Shown: positions 36,435-45,789 of the stretch, piece by piece | How the letters are laid out: each line of letters opens with the position of its first letter | How positions within the stretch are numbered: the first letter of the stretch is position 1 | Assembly: GCA_035495615.1 (NCBI GenBank) | Contig: DATJFP010000020.1 | Coordinates: forward strand, 2,258 to 66,257 | Reading direction: 5' to 3' | Origin: Verrucomicrobiia bacterium | GTDB taxonomy: Bacteria > Omnitrophota > Omnitrophia > Omnitrophales > Aquincolibacteriaceae | DNA: 64,000 nt | The notes under the pieces: model-generated | What the model was told of the DNA's origin: nothing | Seen by the model: only the letters and a program-made list of their open reading frames with translations | Database searches by the model: none | Position numbers and translations under genes: made by a program

Positions 36435-37408
36435 ACGGCGCTGCGGCGTTTTGTGAAAAGCCTGGCGGTTTTAACAAAAGGCAGGAAAAAAAGCCGGGCC
36501 AGCGAGTTGTACTCTTTTTCTTCTCCGTGCCGCAGCCCAAATTGAATGTCCATCTTGCGGTCCGGAATGCACAGGGTGCCGGCAGCCATGTCCCAGAACG
36601 AAAAAACGAATCCGATGTTCTTGTCCACGTGCTCCTTGGCCGCGCTGTGATGGATCTGATGCTGCGCGGGGCTGATGAACACCCGGCTCACGGCCGGGCC
36701 GTACGACAGCCAGACATGCGAATGACGGAGGTTGTAACCGAAAAGATAATAGCCGAACGTAAACAGGTTCACGCCCATCAGCATCGCGGGATGGCTTCCG
36801 CCCTGGAACACGAAATTCCACGCGGCATCAAAACCCCCGGCAAAAGCGCTGACCAGCGTCGCGGTCAGAATATCGTCCACCGGATGCATCCGGTACACCG
36901 TGATCGGCGTCAGCACTTCGGCCGAGTGGTGGACTTTGTGGAATTCCCAGAGCACCGGCACTTTGTGCTGGAGGTAATGCGCGAGAAAGATGCCGAAGTC
37001 CGCGACCATGAAAGCCGCGAGGCTGTATAGCACCGTGGCCGCCGCGCCCGGCGGCGCGGCAAGCGCGAGCGGCGCATGAATCTTGCCGAACGCGCCCGAA
37101 AAGAAATTCCGTACCGAATCGTCCGTGATCAGGAACGGGACGACGATGAGGAAGAAAAACATTTTGTAGACGAGGAAGTACGCATAATCCAGGACCGCCG
37201 AAGGATGAAGGTAAACGCTTTTCGGGAAGGCATAACCCCAGAAGCCGCCGCGGCCGCCCGTGCGAAGCGATGCGTCCAGAAGGAAGACGAAAAACGCGAG
37301 AAGGTAGGACGAAACCATGTAAAGCCAGTAAATCCGCTCGGACGGAGAAAACGGATGAAAAAGCGGAACGGCCGCGCCAATCCACAAACGGTGTAAGATT
37401 TCGTTCAT
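36431..37408 (-). CDS. Fatty-acid hydroxylase / sterol desaturase-family membrane enzyme
   Basis: Histidine boxes HYLQH, HKVHHS and HQIHHS in a polytopic membrane protein. Confidence 0.8.
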   Translation of the reverse strand: MNEILHRLWIGAAVPLFHPFSPSERIYWLYMVSSYLLAFFVFLLDASLRTGGRGGFWGYAFPKSVYLHPSAVLDYAYFLVYKMFFFLIVVPFLITDDSVRNFFSGAFGKIHAPLALAAPPGAAATVLYSLAAFMVADFGIFLAHYLQHKVPVLWEFHKVHHSAEVLTPITVYRMHPVDDILTATLVSAFAGGFDAAWNFVFQGGSHPAMLMGVNLFTFGYYLFGYNLRHSHVWLSYGPAVSRVFISPAQHQIHHSAAKEHVDKNIGFVFSFWDMAAGTLCIPDRKMDIQFGLRHGEEKEYNSLARLFFLPFVKTARLFTKRRSAV

Positions 37409-37451
37409 GCCAAAAAGTATAACATAAGGTCAGGCCTCGGGTAACGGAGGG

Positions 37452-38387
37452 TCAGCGAGCAAGACGCCTGCGGCAGCGCGGGCATTCCACGAGCAGTTTC
37501 ACGATCACCTCACGGCAATACGGGCACCGTTCGTAGCCTTCCGCAAGGCGGACGCGGCGGCGCATGTAAAAATGCCAAAGCTCGCGCAGGAATAAAAGCC
37601 CGGCGCTTGCCTTCAGCACGAGCGGCACGGCCTGGAAGCGCGAAAATCCGCCCGGCAGCCCGAATGCCAGATCAAAAAGCCAGACGCCGTAAGCCGCCCA
37701 CACCGCGAGATAAAACATCACGAGGCTCCGCAGGAACGGGAGCGAAAAATCCGCGCCCATCAGCGAAGCCAAAGCAATGCCGATCAGGCCGCCGAAAATG
37801 ACCGCGATAAAGCCCACGTTCATGACCTTGTCCTCGCGTGAAGGATGCCGGATGTATTCGGCCAGCGCGACAAACGGAATCCGGACCTGGATTTCTTTTT
37901 CGCGGCCCTTGAAAGAAACGCCGCGGCTTTCCAGGAGCGCATACACCACCCGCCTGAGCTTATGAAACTCATCCCACGAAAGGAAAGGCTTCTCGAATTC
38001 GGTATAAGTGCGGCTTCTCAGCAGGAAAGATTCAAACAACTTGTTGGCCTCGGGATCGCCGCGGGCGTTTTTCACGATCGCAAGGAGAAGGTAGGCGAAG
38101 GCATTGTCCGGATAATGATGGATCGAGGATTCCAGGAGCTGCTCCGATTCTTCCGGCGGCTGATGGCTGGCCATGCCGAGCGCGGCGCGGGCCATGTCCC
38201 GCACCGAATCGTTCATGGCCTTGAGCTTGTGCGGTCTTTTGGCGGCGACATCCTGGAGCTTCATGCCTGCGTGCGTGATGATTTCCGAAAATTCGCCGGC
38301 CCAATCCGGAGTCGGGTTCGGCATTTCGATGTTCGCGGTGGCGAGCAGGCAAAGCGAGAAAATAAAACCGCCCAGAAGCCGCGTCAT
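37452..38387 (-). CDS. Hypothetical membrane protein with C-terminal CxxC...CxxC zinc ribbon
   Basis: 311 aa with a signal/TM N-terminus, internal TM helices, and C-terminal CPYCREV ... CPRCRRR. Overlaps the ABC ATPase gene by 4 nt. Confidence 0.5.
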   Translation of the reverse strand: MTRLLGGFIFSLCLLATANIEMPNPTPDWAGEFSEIITHAGMKLQDVAAKRPHKLKAMNDSVRDMARAALGMASHQPPEESEQLLESSIHHYPDNAFAYLLLAIVKNARGDPEANKLFESFLLRSRTYTEFEKPFLSWDEFHKLRRVVYALLESRGVSFKGREKEIQVRIPFVALAEYIRHPSREDKVMNVGFIAVIFGGLIGIALASLMGADFSLPFLRSLVMFYLAVWAAYGVWLFDLAFGLPGGFSRFQAVPLVLKASAGLLFLRELWHFYMRRRVRLAEGYERCPYCREVIVKLLVECPRCRRRLAR

Positions 38388-39166
38388 CCCCGCCTTCCTT
38401 TCCAGACCGGCACGCTTTGGATGAGCTGCCGCGTGTACGGATCCGCGGGGCGGCCCAAAACCGCGGACGTCGCTCCCTGCTCCACGACTTTGCCGTGCCG
38501 CAGCACAACGACTTCTTCCGCGAGCTGGCTCACCAGCGCAAGGTCATGGGAAATAAAAAGCATGCCGCCGCGCAGCGAAGGCCGGATCTGTCGCAGGAGC
38601 TCCACGATCTGCGCCTGGACCGAAACGTCGAGCTGCGACGTGGGCTCGTCGAGGATCAAATATTCGGGCCGTACCACCAGCGCGCGGGCAAGGGCCACGC
38701 GCTGCCTCTCGCCTCCGCTCAACTCCGAGGGATAGCGCGACAAGTAATTTGACGGAAGATGAACCTGTTCCAGCGCGCGGAAGATCCGCTGCCGCCTTTC
38801 TCCGGACGATAATTCCTGGATGCCTTCCTGCAGGATCTTGTCCACTTTCCACAGAGGATCGAGCGAGAGATAGGGATTCTGGAAAATCATCTGGACGCGC
38901 CGGGCATAATCCCGGCGCCGCAGGCCGAACAGCGGACGGCCTTCGAGAAGGATTTCACCGGCCGTGGGACGACTTTGGCCGGTGAGCAGATGGGCCAGCG
39001 TAGTCTTCCCGGACCCGCTTTCCCCGACCAGCCCGGTCAGAACGCCCGCGCGCAACGGCAGCGACACCGCGTCCAGCGCCTGGAATTGCTTCCCGGCCCT
39101 GAAGAGGCTTCCGCGCACGCGAAAGGAACGGGTCACATTGTTGAGCTCGAAATAAGCGTCCGTCAT
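38384..39166 (-). CDS. ABC transporter ATP-binding protein (DppF/OppF-like, short form)
   Basis: Walker A GESGSGKTT, signature LSGGERQRVALARAL, and Walker B ILDEPTS. Confidence 0.9.
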   Translation of the reverse strand: MTDAYFELNNVTRSFRVRGSLFRAGKQFQALDAVSLPLRAGVLTGLVGESGSGKTTLAHLLTGQSRPTAGEILLEGRPLFGLRRRDYARRVQMIFQNPYLSLDPLWKVDKILQEGIQELSSGERRQRIFRALEQVHLPSNYLSRYPSELSGGERQRVALARALVVRPEYLILDEPTSQLDVSVQAQIVELLRQIRPSLRGGMLFISHDLALVSQLAEEVVVLRHGKVVEQGATSAVLGRPADPYTRQLIQSVPVWKGRRG

Positions 39167-39885
39167 GATTTCAGCGCCGGCACGGCCGCGACAAGCTTCG
39201 CCGTATAAAGCTGTTTCGGCCTTTCCATGATTTCTTCCGGCGTCCCGGTCTCCACGATTTTGCCGTCCTTCATCACCGCGAGGCGGTCGCAGAACGACGC
39301 CGCGAGAAGAACGTGGTGCGTGATGAAAAGAAAAGTCAGGCCCTGGCCGCGGATCTCGCCGAACAGTTTCATGATCTCGGCCTGCAGCGTCATGTCGAGC
39401 GACGACGTGGGTTCGTCCGCGATGAGGAGCTTCGGCCGCCTTAAAAGCGCCAGCGCGATCATCAGCCGCTGGCGCATGCCGCCGCTTAGCTCATGGGGGT
39501 AACTGCGCAGGCTGATATTTTCCAGCGGCAGATGCACTTTCTGCAGCGTCTCGGCGATTGTTTCCCTCGTGCCTCCGGCTTCTTTCAAATGGCTGCCGAT
39601 GGAAAAAAGCGGGTCCAGCGATGACAGCGGGTCCTGCGGCACAAACGCGATATCTTCCGGACGCAGCGACGTTTCGAGCGTGCCCGCGGTCCTCATGCCG
39701 TTTTTATGGTTCAAAAGTCCGAGAAGTTCAAAGCCCAGCGTGCTTTTGCCGGCGCCGGATTCGCCGATGATGCCGAGGGCTTCATGCTCGCGGATGTCGA
39801 GATTCAAAGGCCCCACGGCCGCCTGCCCGCCTTTTTCCGTTTTATAAACAAGCTCCAGGCCGCGCGCCTGCACAAGATTTTTCAC
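39163..39885 (-). CDS. ABC transporter ATP-binding protein (DppD/OppD-like, short form)
   Basis: GTG start at 39885 overlaps the permease stop (GTGA). GESGAGKST, LSGGMRQRLMIALAL, and IADEPTS. The longer ORF to 40158 is an over-extension into the permease gene. Confidence 0.85.
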   Translation of the reverse strand: MKNLVQARGLELVYKTEKGGQAAVGPLNLDIREHEALGIIGESGAGKSTLGFELLGLLNHKNGMRTAGTLETSLRPEDIAFVPQDPLSSLDPLFSIGSHLKEAGGTRETIAETLQKVHLPLENISLRSYPHELSGGMRQRLMIALALLRRPKLLIADEPTSSLDMTLQAEIMKLFGEIRGQGLTFLFITHHVLLAASFCDRLAVMKDGKIVETGTPEEIMERPKQLYTAKLVAAVPALKS

Positions 39886-40871
39886 CCTGCCCCCTTTCCT
39901 TGTTTCATCGTGTCGCCCAGCACATTGAAGCTCCAGGCCGTGAGGCAGAGAAAAAGGCCGGGAAAAAGCGCCCACGGCCTCAAATAAAGGTGCGCGACCG
40001 AGAGCGATTCGCTGAGCAGGTTGCCCCAGCTGATGTCCGGTTCCTGGATGCCCAGGCCCAGGACGCTCAGCGCGGATTCGGTCATGATGTAAGACGGAAT
40101 GGAAACGCTGAGCAGCACGAGAAGGTACGGCACCGTGTGCGGCAAAACGTGCCGGCAAAGAATATTTACATCCGAACGTCCCAGGATTTTCGCCGCCGGA
40201 ATGAATTCGCTTTGTTTAAGCGAAAGCACAAGGCCGCGCACCACGCGGGCAATGCCGCCCCAGCCGATCAGGCTGAGGACGAGAATGGTCATCAGATAAA
40301 CGTCACGCGAGCCCAGGGTGGGCGGAAGCGCGCTGCGGAGCGCCAGCAGGAAATAAAATCCCGGCACCATGATGAAGAACTCCGCGAGCCGCATGAGCAC
40401 CGCGTCCGTCCGGCCGCCGTAATAGCCGGAAATCGCGCCGATCACCCATCCGGCGAGCGCCGCCAGCAGCGCTCCGAGAAAACCGATCGAAAGCGACACG
40501 CGTCCGCCGTAGAGAATGCGCGAAAATAAATCGCGGCCGCGGGAATCCGTGCCCAGGAGAAAAAGCCGGGCCGGCGCATCCACCTGAAGCCAGGGGCACA
40601 GGCCGAAACGAAGCGGGTATTTGCGGCTCGTGTCTTCGTCGTAGAAGCGCCGGTTGTTTTCATCAAAGCGCGGCGTGGTCGCATACAGAAACGGGCGGCT
40701 CCAATGACCCTGGACGTCGCGGAAATGGATCTTCGCCGGGGGATGGTACGGCAGTGTCCGGTTTTCGTCGTTGGGCGCATAAGGCGCGGCCCAGCGGGCG
40801 GCAGCGCCGAGAAAGATAATGCCGCCCAGAAAAAGCACCGCAAGCCATGAAGCGGTTCCGGCTTTCTTCAT
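39882..40871 (-). CDS. ABC transporter permease (DppC/OppC-like)
   Basis: 329 aa with an N-terminal periplasmic extension followed by six TM helices and the EAA-like loop region. Confidence 0.85.
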   Translation of the reverse strand: MKKAGTASWLAVLFLGGIIFLGAAARWAAPYAPNDENRTLPYHPPAKIHFRDVQGHWSRPFLYATTPRFDENNRRFYDEDTSRKYPLRFGLCPWLQVDAPARLFLLGTDSRGRDLFSRILYGGRVSLSIGFLGALLAALAGWVIGAISGYYGGRTDAVLMRLAEFFIMVPGFYFLLALRSALPPTLGSRDVYLMTILVLSLIGWGGIARVVRGLVLSLKQSEFIPAAKILGRSDVNILCRHVLPHTVPYLLVLLSVSIPSYIMTESALSVLGLGIQEPDISWGNLLSESLSVAHLYLRPWALFPGLFLCLTAWSFNVLGDTMKQGKGAG

Positions 40872-41848
40872 GATTTGCCCTCCAGACGGATGCGCGGATC
40901 GAGCGTCGCGAGAAGAATGTCCGCGATCAGGTTTCCGGCGACGAGCAGGACCGACAAGATCATCATGTTGCCGAGGACAAGGAACAAGTCCTGCGCGCGC
41001 ACGGCCTGGAGCATCATGGAGCCCAGGCCGGGCCAGCCCGTGAAAATCTCGACCAGCGCCGCGCCGCTGAACAGCGCGGGCAGTTCCAGGCCGAAAAGCG
41101 TGATCATGGGATTGACGGCGTTGCGCGCCACGTGCTTATACAGGATGCTGCGTTCGGGCACCCGCAGCGTGCGCAGGTAAAAGACAAAGTCTTTTTCGGT
41201 CACGGTGAGCGTTTGGGCGCGCATGAACCGGAAGAGATACGCAAAGGACGAAAACGTGAGCACCGAAACCGGGATCACCATGTGGCTCAGCCGGTCCAGG
41301 ATTTTGTGGCCGAAGGACAGGTCTTCATAGAGCGCGGACTCCATGCCTCCGAGCGGCAGGCGCGTCCACGTCGCGGCCGCGGCCATGAGGAGGAGGCAAA
41401 GGAAAAATCCAGGAATGGAAAGTCCCAGGTAGGCCATCAGCCGGCAGCTTTTGTCCAGCAGCCCTCCCCGCTTGAGCCCCGCGTTCAGCCCCAGCGCCAC
41501 GGCCAGGAACCAGGCCAGTAAAAACGAAGTTCCGGTGAGCGCAAGCGTGTTCCAGAAACGGGAGGCCAGGAGGTTCAGCACCGGCTGCTTGTAAGAAAAC
41601 GAATAGCCGAAATCCAGACGCAGGATGCTTTTCAGCCAGTGGCCGTATTGCATGAGCACGGGTTCATTCAAATGATAGAGCTCTTCGTAACGCTTGATGG
41701 TGTCCGGAGAAATCTGCGGGTTCAGGCGCAGGCTGTCGAAATAATTGCCCGGCACGTAATGCATGAGCACAAACGTCATGAGCGGCAAAAAGAAAACCAG
41801 CGGCAGCACGGCCAGGAATCGTTTGAAGAGGAACGATGAGAAGTTCAT
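40868..41848 (-). CDS. ABC transporter permease (DppB/OppB-like)
   Basis: 326-aa polytopic protein with a BPD_transp_1-type fold and a 4-nt overlap with the neighbouring permease gene. Confidence 0.85.
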   Translation of the reverse strand: MNFSSFLFKRFLAVLPLVFFLPLMTFVLMHYVPGNYFDSLRLNPQISPDTIKRYEELYHLNEPVLMQYGHWLKSILRLDFGYSFSYKQPVLNLLASRFWNTLALTGTSFLLAWFLAVALGLNAGLKRGGLLDKSCRLMAYLGLSIPGFFLCLLLMAAAATWTRLPLGGMESALYEDLSFGHKILDRLSHMVIPVSVLTFSSFAYLFRFMRAQTLTVTEKDFVFYLRTLRVPERSILYKHVARNAVNPMITLFGLELPALFSGAALVEIFTGWPGLGSMMLQAVRAQDLFLVLGNMMILSVLLVAGNLIADILLATLDPRIRLEGKS

Positions 41849-43524
41849 GCGGGCCTCTCCGCCACGTCGATTTCGTCGATTTCATAAAACGGCCCTTCCA
41901 GAGCGGACGCTTTGATGTTCATCAGCCGGCTGTTCACCGCATAAATCACTTCGGGCAGGACCGTATAAATGTGCGGCAGCTCCTCGGCCGCGATTTCCTG
42001 CCATTCGTCGTAGAGTTTTTTCCGCGCGTCTTTGTCGAGGATCTCGGAGGCCTGCTCGAAAATTGTGTCGATCCTTTGCTGGGACGGCGGCGGATTTTCT
42101 TTGCTTTCCCAAAAATGCAGGCTGCCGGTGGTGCGCCACACGTTGGCGCCGAAATGCGGGTCCGGCGCGCCGGTCAGTCCGATGAGGACCGCGTCCCAGT
42201 CCTGCGTGACCATGAGTTTCGAAACCAGCGCGTTGAAATCCAGCGCAAGAAGATGGACCTGGATGCCCAGCCGCGCGATATCTTCCCGGATCATCTGCGC
42301 GATTTTCAGGCGCTCGGGATTGTCCGCGTTGGTCAGAAGGACGAATTCGAGCGGTGTCCCTTCCGCGTCTTCGAGAATGCCGTCTTTATTCCGGTCTTCG
42401 AAGCCTTCTTCTTTCAGAAGGGAAAGTGCGGCCTGAGGATCGTAATCGTAGCAGTTCACGGCCGGGTTGTAGAAAACGGGCGTGGACGGGCTTTCCGGCG
42501 AACACTGCAGCGCGCCGAGCCGGTTGTAAATGATGTCGATCATGCTGGGCCGGTCCAGGCTGTGCGCCATGGCTTGGCGGAATTTTTTGTTTTGAAACCA
42601 GCGCTTCTTTGCCGGGTCCTTGGCGTTCTGGTTGAAGACCACGAAATTAGAGCCGAAGCCGGGTCCGGTTTTATAAAGGATAAAGCGTCCCTGCTTTTCC
42701 TTCTCTTTCAGGACCGGATAGTCGTCGCCGGTCACGCCGTACGCGTCGGTTTCGCCCTGGAGGAATTTGAGAAGCCGTCCTTCGGCGCTGGGGACCACGA
42801 CCAGCATGATCCTGTCCACGCGAGGGAGCGCCTGCCCCTGGCTGTCTTTCCGCCAGTAGAAAGGATTGCGCACGAGTTCGATGCGCTCTCCGGACACGTA
42901 GCGTTTCAGGCGGTAAGGGCCCGTGCCCACGATGTGGTCCGGATTTTCATCCGTACCCCACGCGCTTGAAAACGTTCCGTCAGTTACGGATGGGGCAAGC
43001 GCATGTTTGGGCATGATGGCCTGGTTCAAGGCCAGGAGAAATGGCGCGAACGGAACCGGCAGCGTAAAGACGATCCGGTAAGGGCCTTCCTGCCGCACTT
43101 CGATCGGTTTGCCCTGCAGCGTGAAGATGTCGCGCGCCGGCGTCACGATCTTGGGATTGTAGATCAGATCCTTGAAAGTAAACAGGACGTCTTCCGCGGT
43201 AAAAGGCTCGCCGTCGGACCATTTCACGTCTTGCCGCAGATCGAAGGTCCAGACCAGGCCGTCCGCGGAAACGCTCCAGCGTTCGGCGAGAAGCGGCAGC
43301 ACCTCGCCGGTCGCGGGATTGTAGCGGGTCAGGCCCTGGAAAAGAAATTGCGTGACCGCGGAGGACGTTGTTTCCTGCGCCACCATCTCATTAAAGGTCT
43401 TGGGATCGGAAGGGACTGAAAAGACCATGGTCTTGGGCGGCTTATCACCGGCAGCGGCTTGCGGGGCGGCAGGGGCGAGCAGGAAAAATCCCAAAACCAC
43501 GGCGGCGGCGCGCGCTTTAGGCAT
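41845..43524 (-). CDS. ABC transporter substrate-binding protein, family 5 (peptide/nickel/opine type)
   Basis: 559 aa with a signal peptide, then the typical SBP_bac_5 architecture. First gene of the transporter operon. Confidence 0.85.
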   Translation of the reverse strand: MPKARAAAVVLGFFLLAPAAPQAAAGDKPPKTMVFSVPSDPKTFNEMVAQETTSSAVTQFLFQGLTRYNPATGEVLPLLAERWSVSADGLVWTFDLRQDVKWSDGEPFTAEDVLFTFKDLIYNPKIVTPARDIFTLQGKPIEVRQEGPYRIVFTLPVPFAPFLLALNQAIMPKHALAPSVTDGTFSSAWGTDENPDHIVGTGPYRLKRYVSGERIELVRNPFYWRKDSQGQALPRVDRIMLVVVPSAEGRLLKFLQGETDAYGVTGDDYPVLKEKEKQGRFILYKTGPGFGSNFVVFNQNAKDPAKKRWFQNKKFRQAMAHSLDRPSMIDIIYNRLGALQCSPESPSTPVFYNPAVNCYDYDPQAALSLLKEEGFEDRNKDGILEDAEGTPLEFVLLTNADNPERLKIAQMIREDIARLGIQVHLLALDFNALVSKLMVTQDWDAVLIGLTGAPDPHFGANVWRTTGSLHFWESKENPPPSQQRIDTIFEQASEILDKDARKKLYDEWQEIAAEELPHIYTVLPEVIYAVNSRLMNIKASALEGPFYEIDEIDVAERPA

Positions 43525-43828
43525 CGAGGCCGATCCACAGCCGCGTGCGCGGCAGCGCGATAGATTGAAGCTTCGACGTCATTTTCTTTTCCTTTTTGTG
43601 CGAAACGTGGAAAAAACAGGCCTAGTGTAATACGCGACCGCGCGAAAAACAATCGCAAGACCCGCCGAAAAAATCCGGCCGGGAAAACGCCGTTGGAATT
43701 TATTTTTGCAAACCTTGATTTTTTTCTTGAAAAAAAGTTAAAAATAATCTAGAAGAAGCCGTAGATTAACTATCGGAATCACGTCACCCGTGTGTTCCGA
43801 GATTAATCAAAACGAAAAGGAGCCTTAA

Positions 43829-43882
43829 ATGGCAGCTAAAAAGAAAGCCAAGAAAAAGAAGGCGACGAAGAAGCGCAAGTAA
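43829..43882 (+). CDS. 17-aa lysine-rich mini-ORF (MAAKKKAKKKKATKKRK)
   Basis: ATG is preceded by AAAGGAG at the optimal distance and followed within 25 nt by a strong intrinsic terminator. It lies in an AT-rich island. Whether it is translated is unverified. Confidence 0.3.
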   Translation: MAAKKKAKKKKATKKRK

Positions 43883-43904
43883 CTTCTTTGTTATTTTCTT
43901 GTTG

Positions 43905-43940
43905 GAAAAAAGGCCTGGCGCAATGCCAGGCCTTTTTTTT
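43905..43940. terminator. Bidirectional rho-independent terminator
   Basis: A-run (43905-43910), perfect 9-bp GC-rich stem AGGCCTGGC / GCCAGGCCT (43911-43919 and 43924-43932) with a 5-nt loop (gcaat plus flanking g), then a T8 run. It lies between the convergent mini-ORF and the 43961-45253 gene. Confidence 0.65.
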
Positions 43941-43960
43941 GTCTTTTTGGGGATTGTGAT

Positions 43961-45253
43961 TTAAGAACGCAGCGGGACTTCCTGGAGAACACCTTCCGCG
44001 GGGAGCACTTCCTTGAAACTCTTCCACACAACGCCGTCGAAAAGCAGGTTGGCCAGCGAAAGAAAGCCCATGGCCTGGTTCGGCGTCAGGTAATGCTTGG
44101 CCAGGTCCCCCGTCTTCCAGCTCACGGAATCGAGAAAGCCGTAAGAGATCTCGCCGGCGGTCGTCTCGCGTTTGGGGCGCAGCCCCATGCCTTCCATCTT
44201 CTTTAAATTTTCGACGGCCTCTTTCGGAAAGTAGATGGACGCGAGCATCGAGGCATAAGGCGTCACGATGTCGTCGCGCAATTCGCCGTAAGCCAGGTAT
44301 TTCCCCTGCGGCGTCAGGCAGGACGACCAGCCCCATATAGGCGCGCCGATCTTCGTGGCGTGCTTGATCTGGTACGCGGCATAGGCCTTTTGCGAGTCCC
44401 CCATTTCCGTGCCCCGTTCATCGAGGAAAAGACCGGGCAGGTACTGGACGAAAAGCCCGCCTTCTTCCAACCCCGAAACGAAAAAAGTCTCACCTTCCAT
44501 TTGCTGCATGGGACGGATGAGGCTGAACCAGTGGCTTTTGGGGACGAGCCCGCGCGCGATCATGTAATAGCTGAGCAGCCGGATCTCGGACGCGAAATGT
44601 TTGTAGTACCAGTGGCCCCAGGACTGATAAACCGCGAAGTCCTGGTTTTTCACGTTGTAGCCGCCTTTGAGCCAGCCGTTGCGGGGCTCGTACAGGCTTT
44701 TGAAATCCATGGCGACCAGCATCTTGCGGATGCGCGGCGCGATGTCGGCAAAAACGATTTCAGGGAATGTCGATTCCGCGACGAGAAGGCCGCCGACCAG
44801 AACCGAGACATGCGGGCCGTAAGTAAATTCGTCGCCGAAGGTCGGCTGCAGAGTCCGAATGAGCACCCACGGCCGGGGAAAGCCGCGCCATTTTTCGATC
44901 TTGTCGAGGCTGTCCAGGCACTGCGTGACGCGCTGCTCCGCTTCCTTGGCCGAGATCAGGCCGGTGCGGTAGGCGATCGACGTGGTCGCCAGGTAAAAAC
45001 CGATGTTGGATAAAGACGTCGGCGGCTGGCGGTTGCTCGCATCGTAAGGCAGCCCCGTCAGTTTTTCCACGTGGTCGGCAATGTATTTCCAGGTGTCTTT
45101 GTAAACGCCGAGGAGATACGTCCTGTCGTCTTCGCTCAGCACCTGGGCGGGATTTTGCACGGCCTCGGCGAAAACCGGACGCGGCACGGAAAGAAAGAAA
45201 GAGGCCCCCATGGCCAGCAAACAAATCGGAACGGCGCGGCGTTTTTGTCTCAT
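43961..45253 (-). CDS. Secreted hypothetical protein (possibly glycoside-hydrolase-like, DUF3131-like)
   Basis: 430 aa with a signal peptide. Trp/Tyr-rich globular domain (WGWSSC, YGFLDSVSW). The family assignment is tentative. Confidence 0.55.
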   Translation of the reverse strand: MRQKRRAVPICLLAMGASFFLSVPRPVFAEAVQNPAQVLSEDDRTYLLGVYKDTWKYIADHVEKLTGLPYDASNRQPPTSLSNIGFYLATTSIAYRTGLISAKEAEQRVTQCLDSLDKIEKWRGFPRPWVLIRTLQPTFGDEFTYGPHVSVLVGGLLVAESTFPEIVFADIAPRIRKMLVAMDFKSLYEPRNGWLKGGYNVKNQDFAVYQSWGHWYYKHFASEIRLLSYYMIARGLVPKSHWFSLIRPMQQMEGETFFVSGLEEGGLFVQYLPGLFLDERGTEMGDSQKAYAAYQIKHATKIGAPIWGWSSCLTPQGKYLAYGELRDDIVTPYASMLASIYFPKEAVENLKKMEGMGLRPKRETTAGEISYGFLDSVSWKTGDLAKHYLTPNQAMGFLSLANLLFDGVVWKSFKEVLPAEGVLQEVPLRS

Positions 45254-45696
45254 CGTTTCCTTCCCCTTCGTGTCTTTCGTTCCCGGTTCAAAGTCTCGCG
45301 GAATTCCCGCACGATCAAATGTTTGACCAGGTAATTAACGGCAAAATAAATCATCCAAATCAAAATGAAGCCGCGGAAGAAAAAGGACAGGTAAGGCTGA
45401 ACGGGAGTTTCCGTGCGGGTATTCAGGTGAATGAAGCGCGAGTTTTCCCGGAGCGGGTTGGCCGTGGCGGGAGAACGGAGCGCCAGGACGCCCGTGTCTT
45501 TGGTCAGAATGCTTTTGAAATCTTCTTCATCGCGGGCGAGTAATTTCACATCCACGATCTTCCCGGTTAAAGGATTCAGGAATTGGTATTCGACGGTTTG
45601 AACGTCCGCGGGCTTCAGCGATAACGCCGCGGCAGCTCCTATGACGACCGACAGCGAGAAAGCAAACCCCAGAAAAAGCCTGTCTTTGTGAACCAT
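45250..45696 (-). CDS. Hypothetical membrane protein
   Basis: 148 aa with N- and C-terminal TM helices. Overlaps the downstream gene by 4 nt. Confidence 0.45.
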   Translation of the reverse strand: MVHKDRLFLGFAFSLSVVIGAAAALSLKPADVQTVEYQFLNPLTGKIVDVKLLARDEEDFKSILTKDTGVLALRSPATANPLRENSRFIHLNTRTETPVQPYLSFFFRGFILIWMIYFAVNYLVKHLIVREFRETLNRERKTRRGRKR

Positions 45697-45789
45697 GCTC
45701 CCGTTTCGAGGCCGGTGCCCGGACTCTTCCTCTCCTGGACTAAAAGGATACTAACAGGTGGCGGCGGTGCTCTTCAAGGCTTATCCGGG

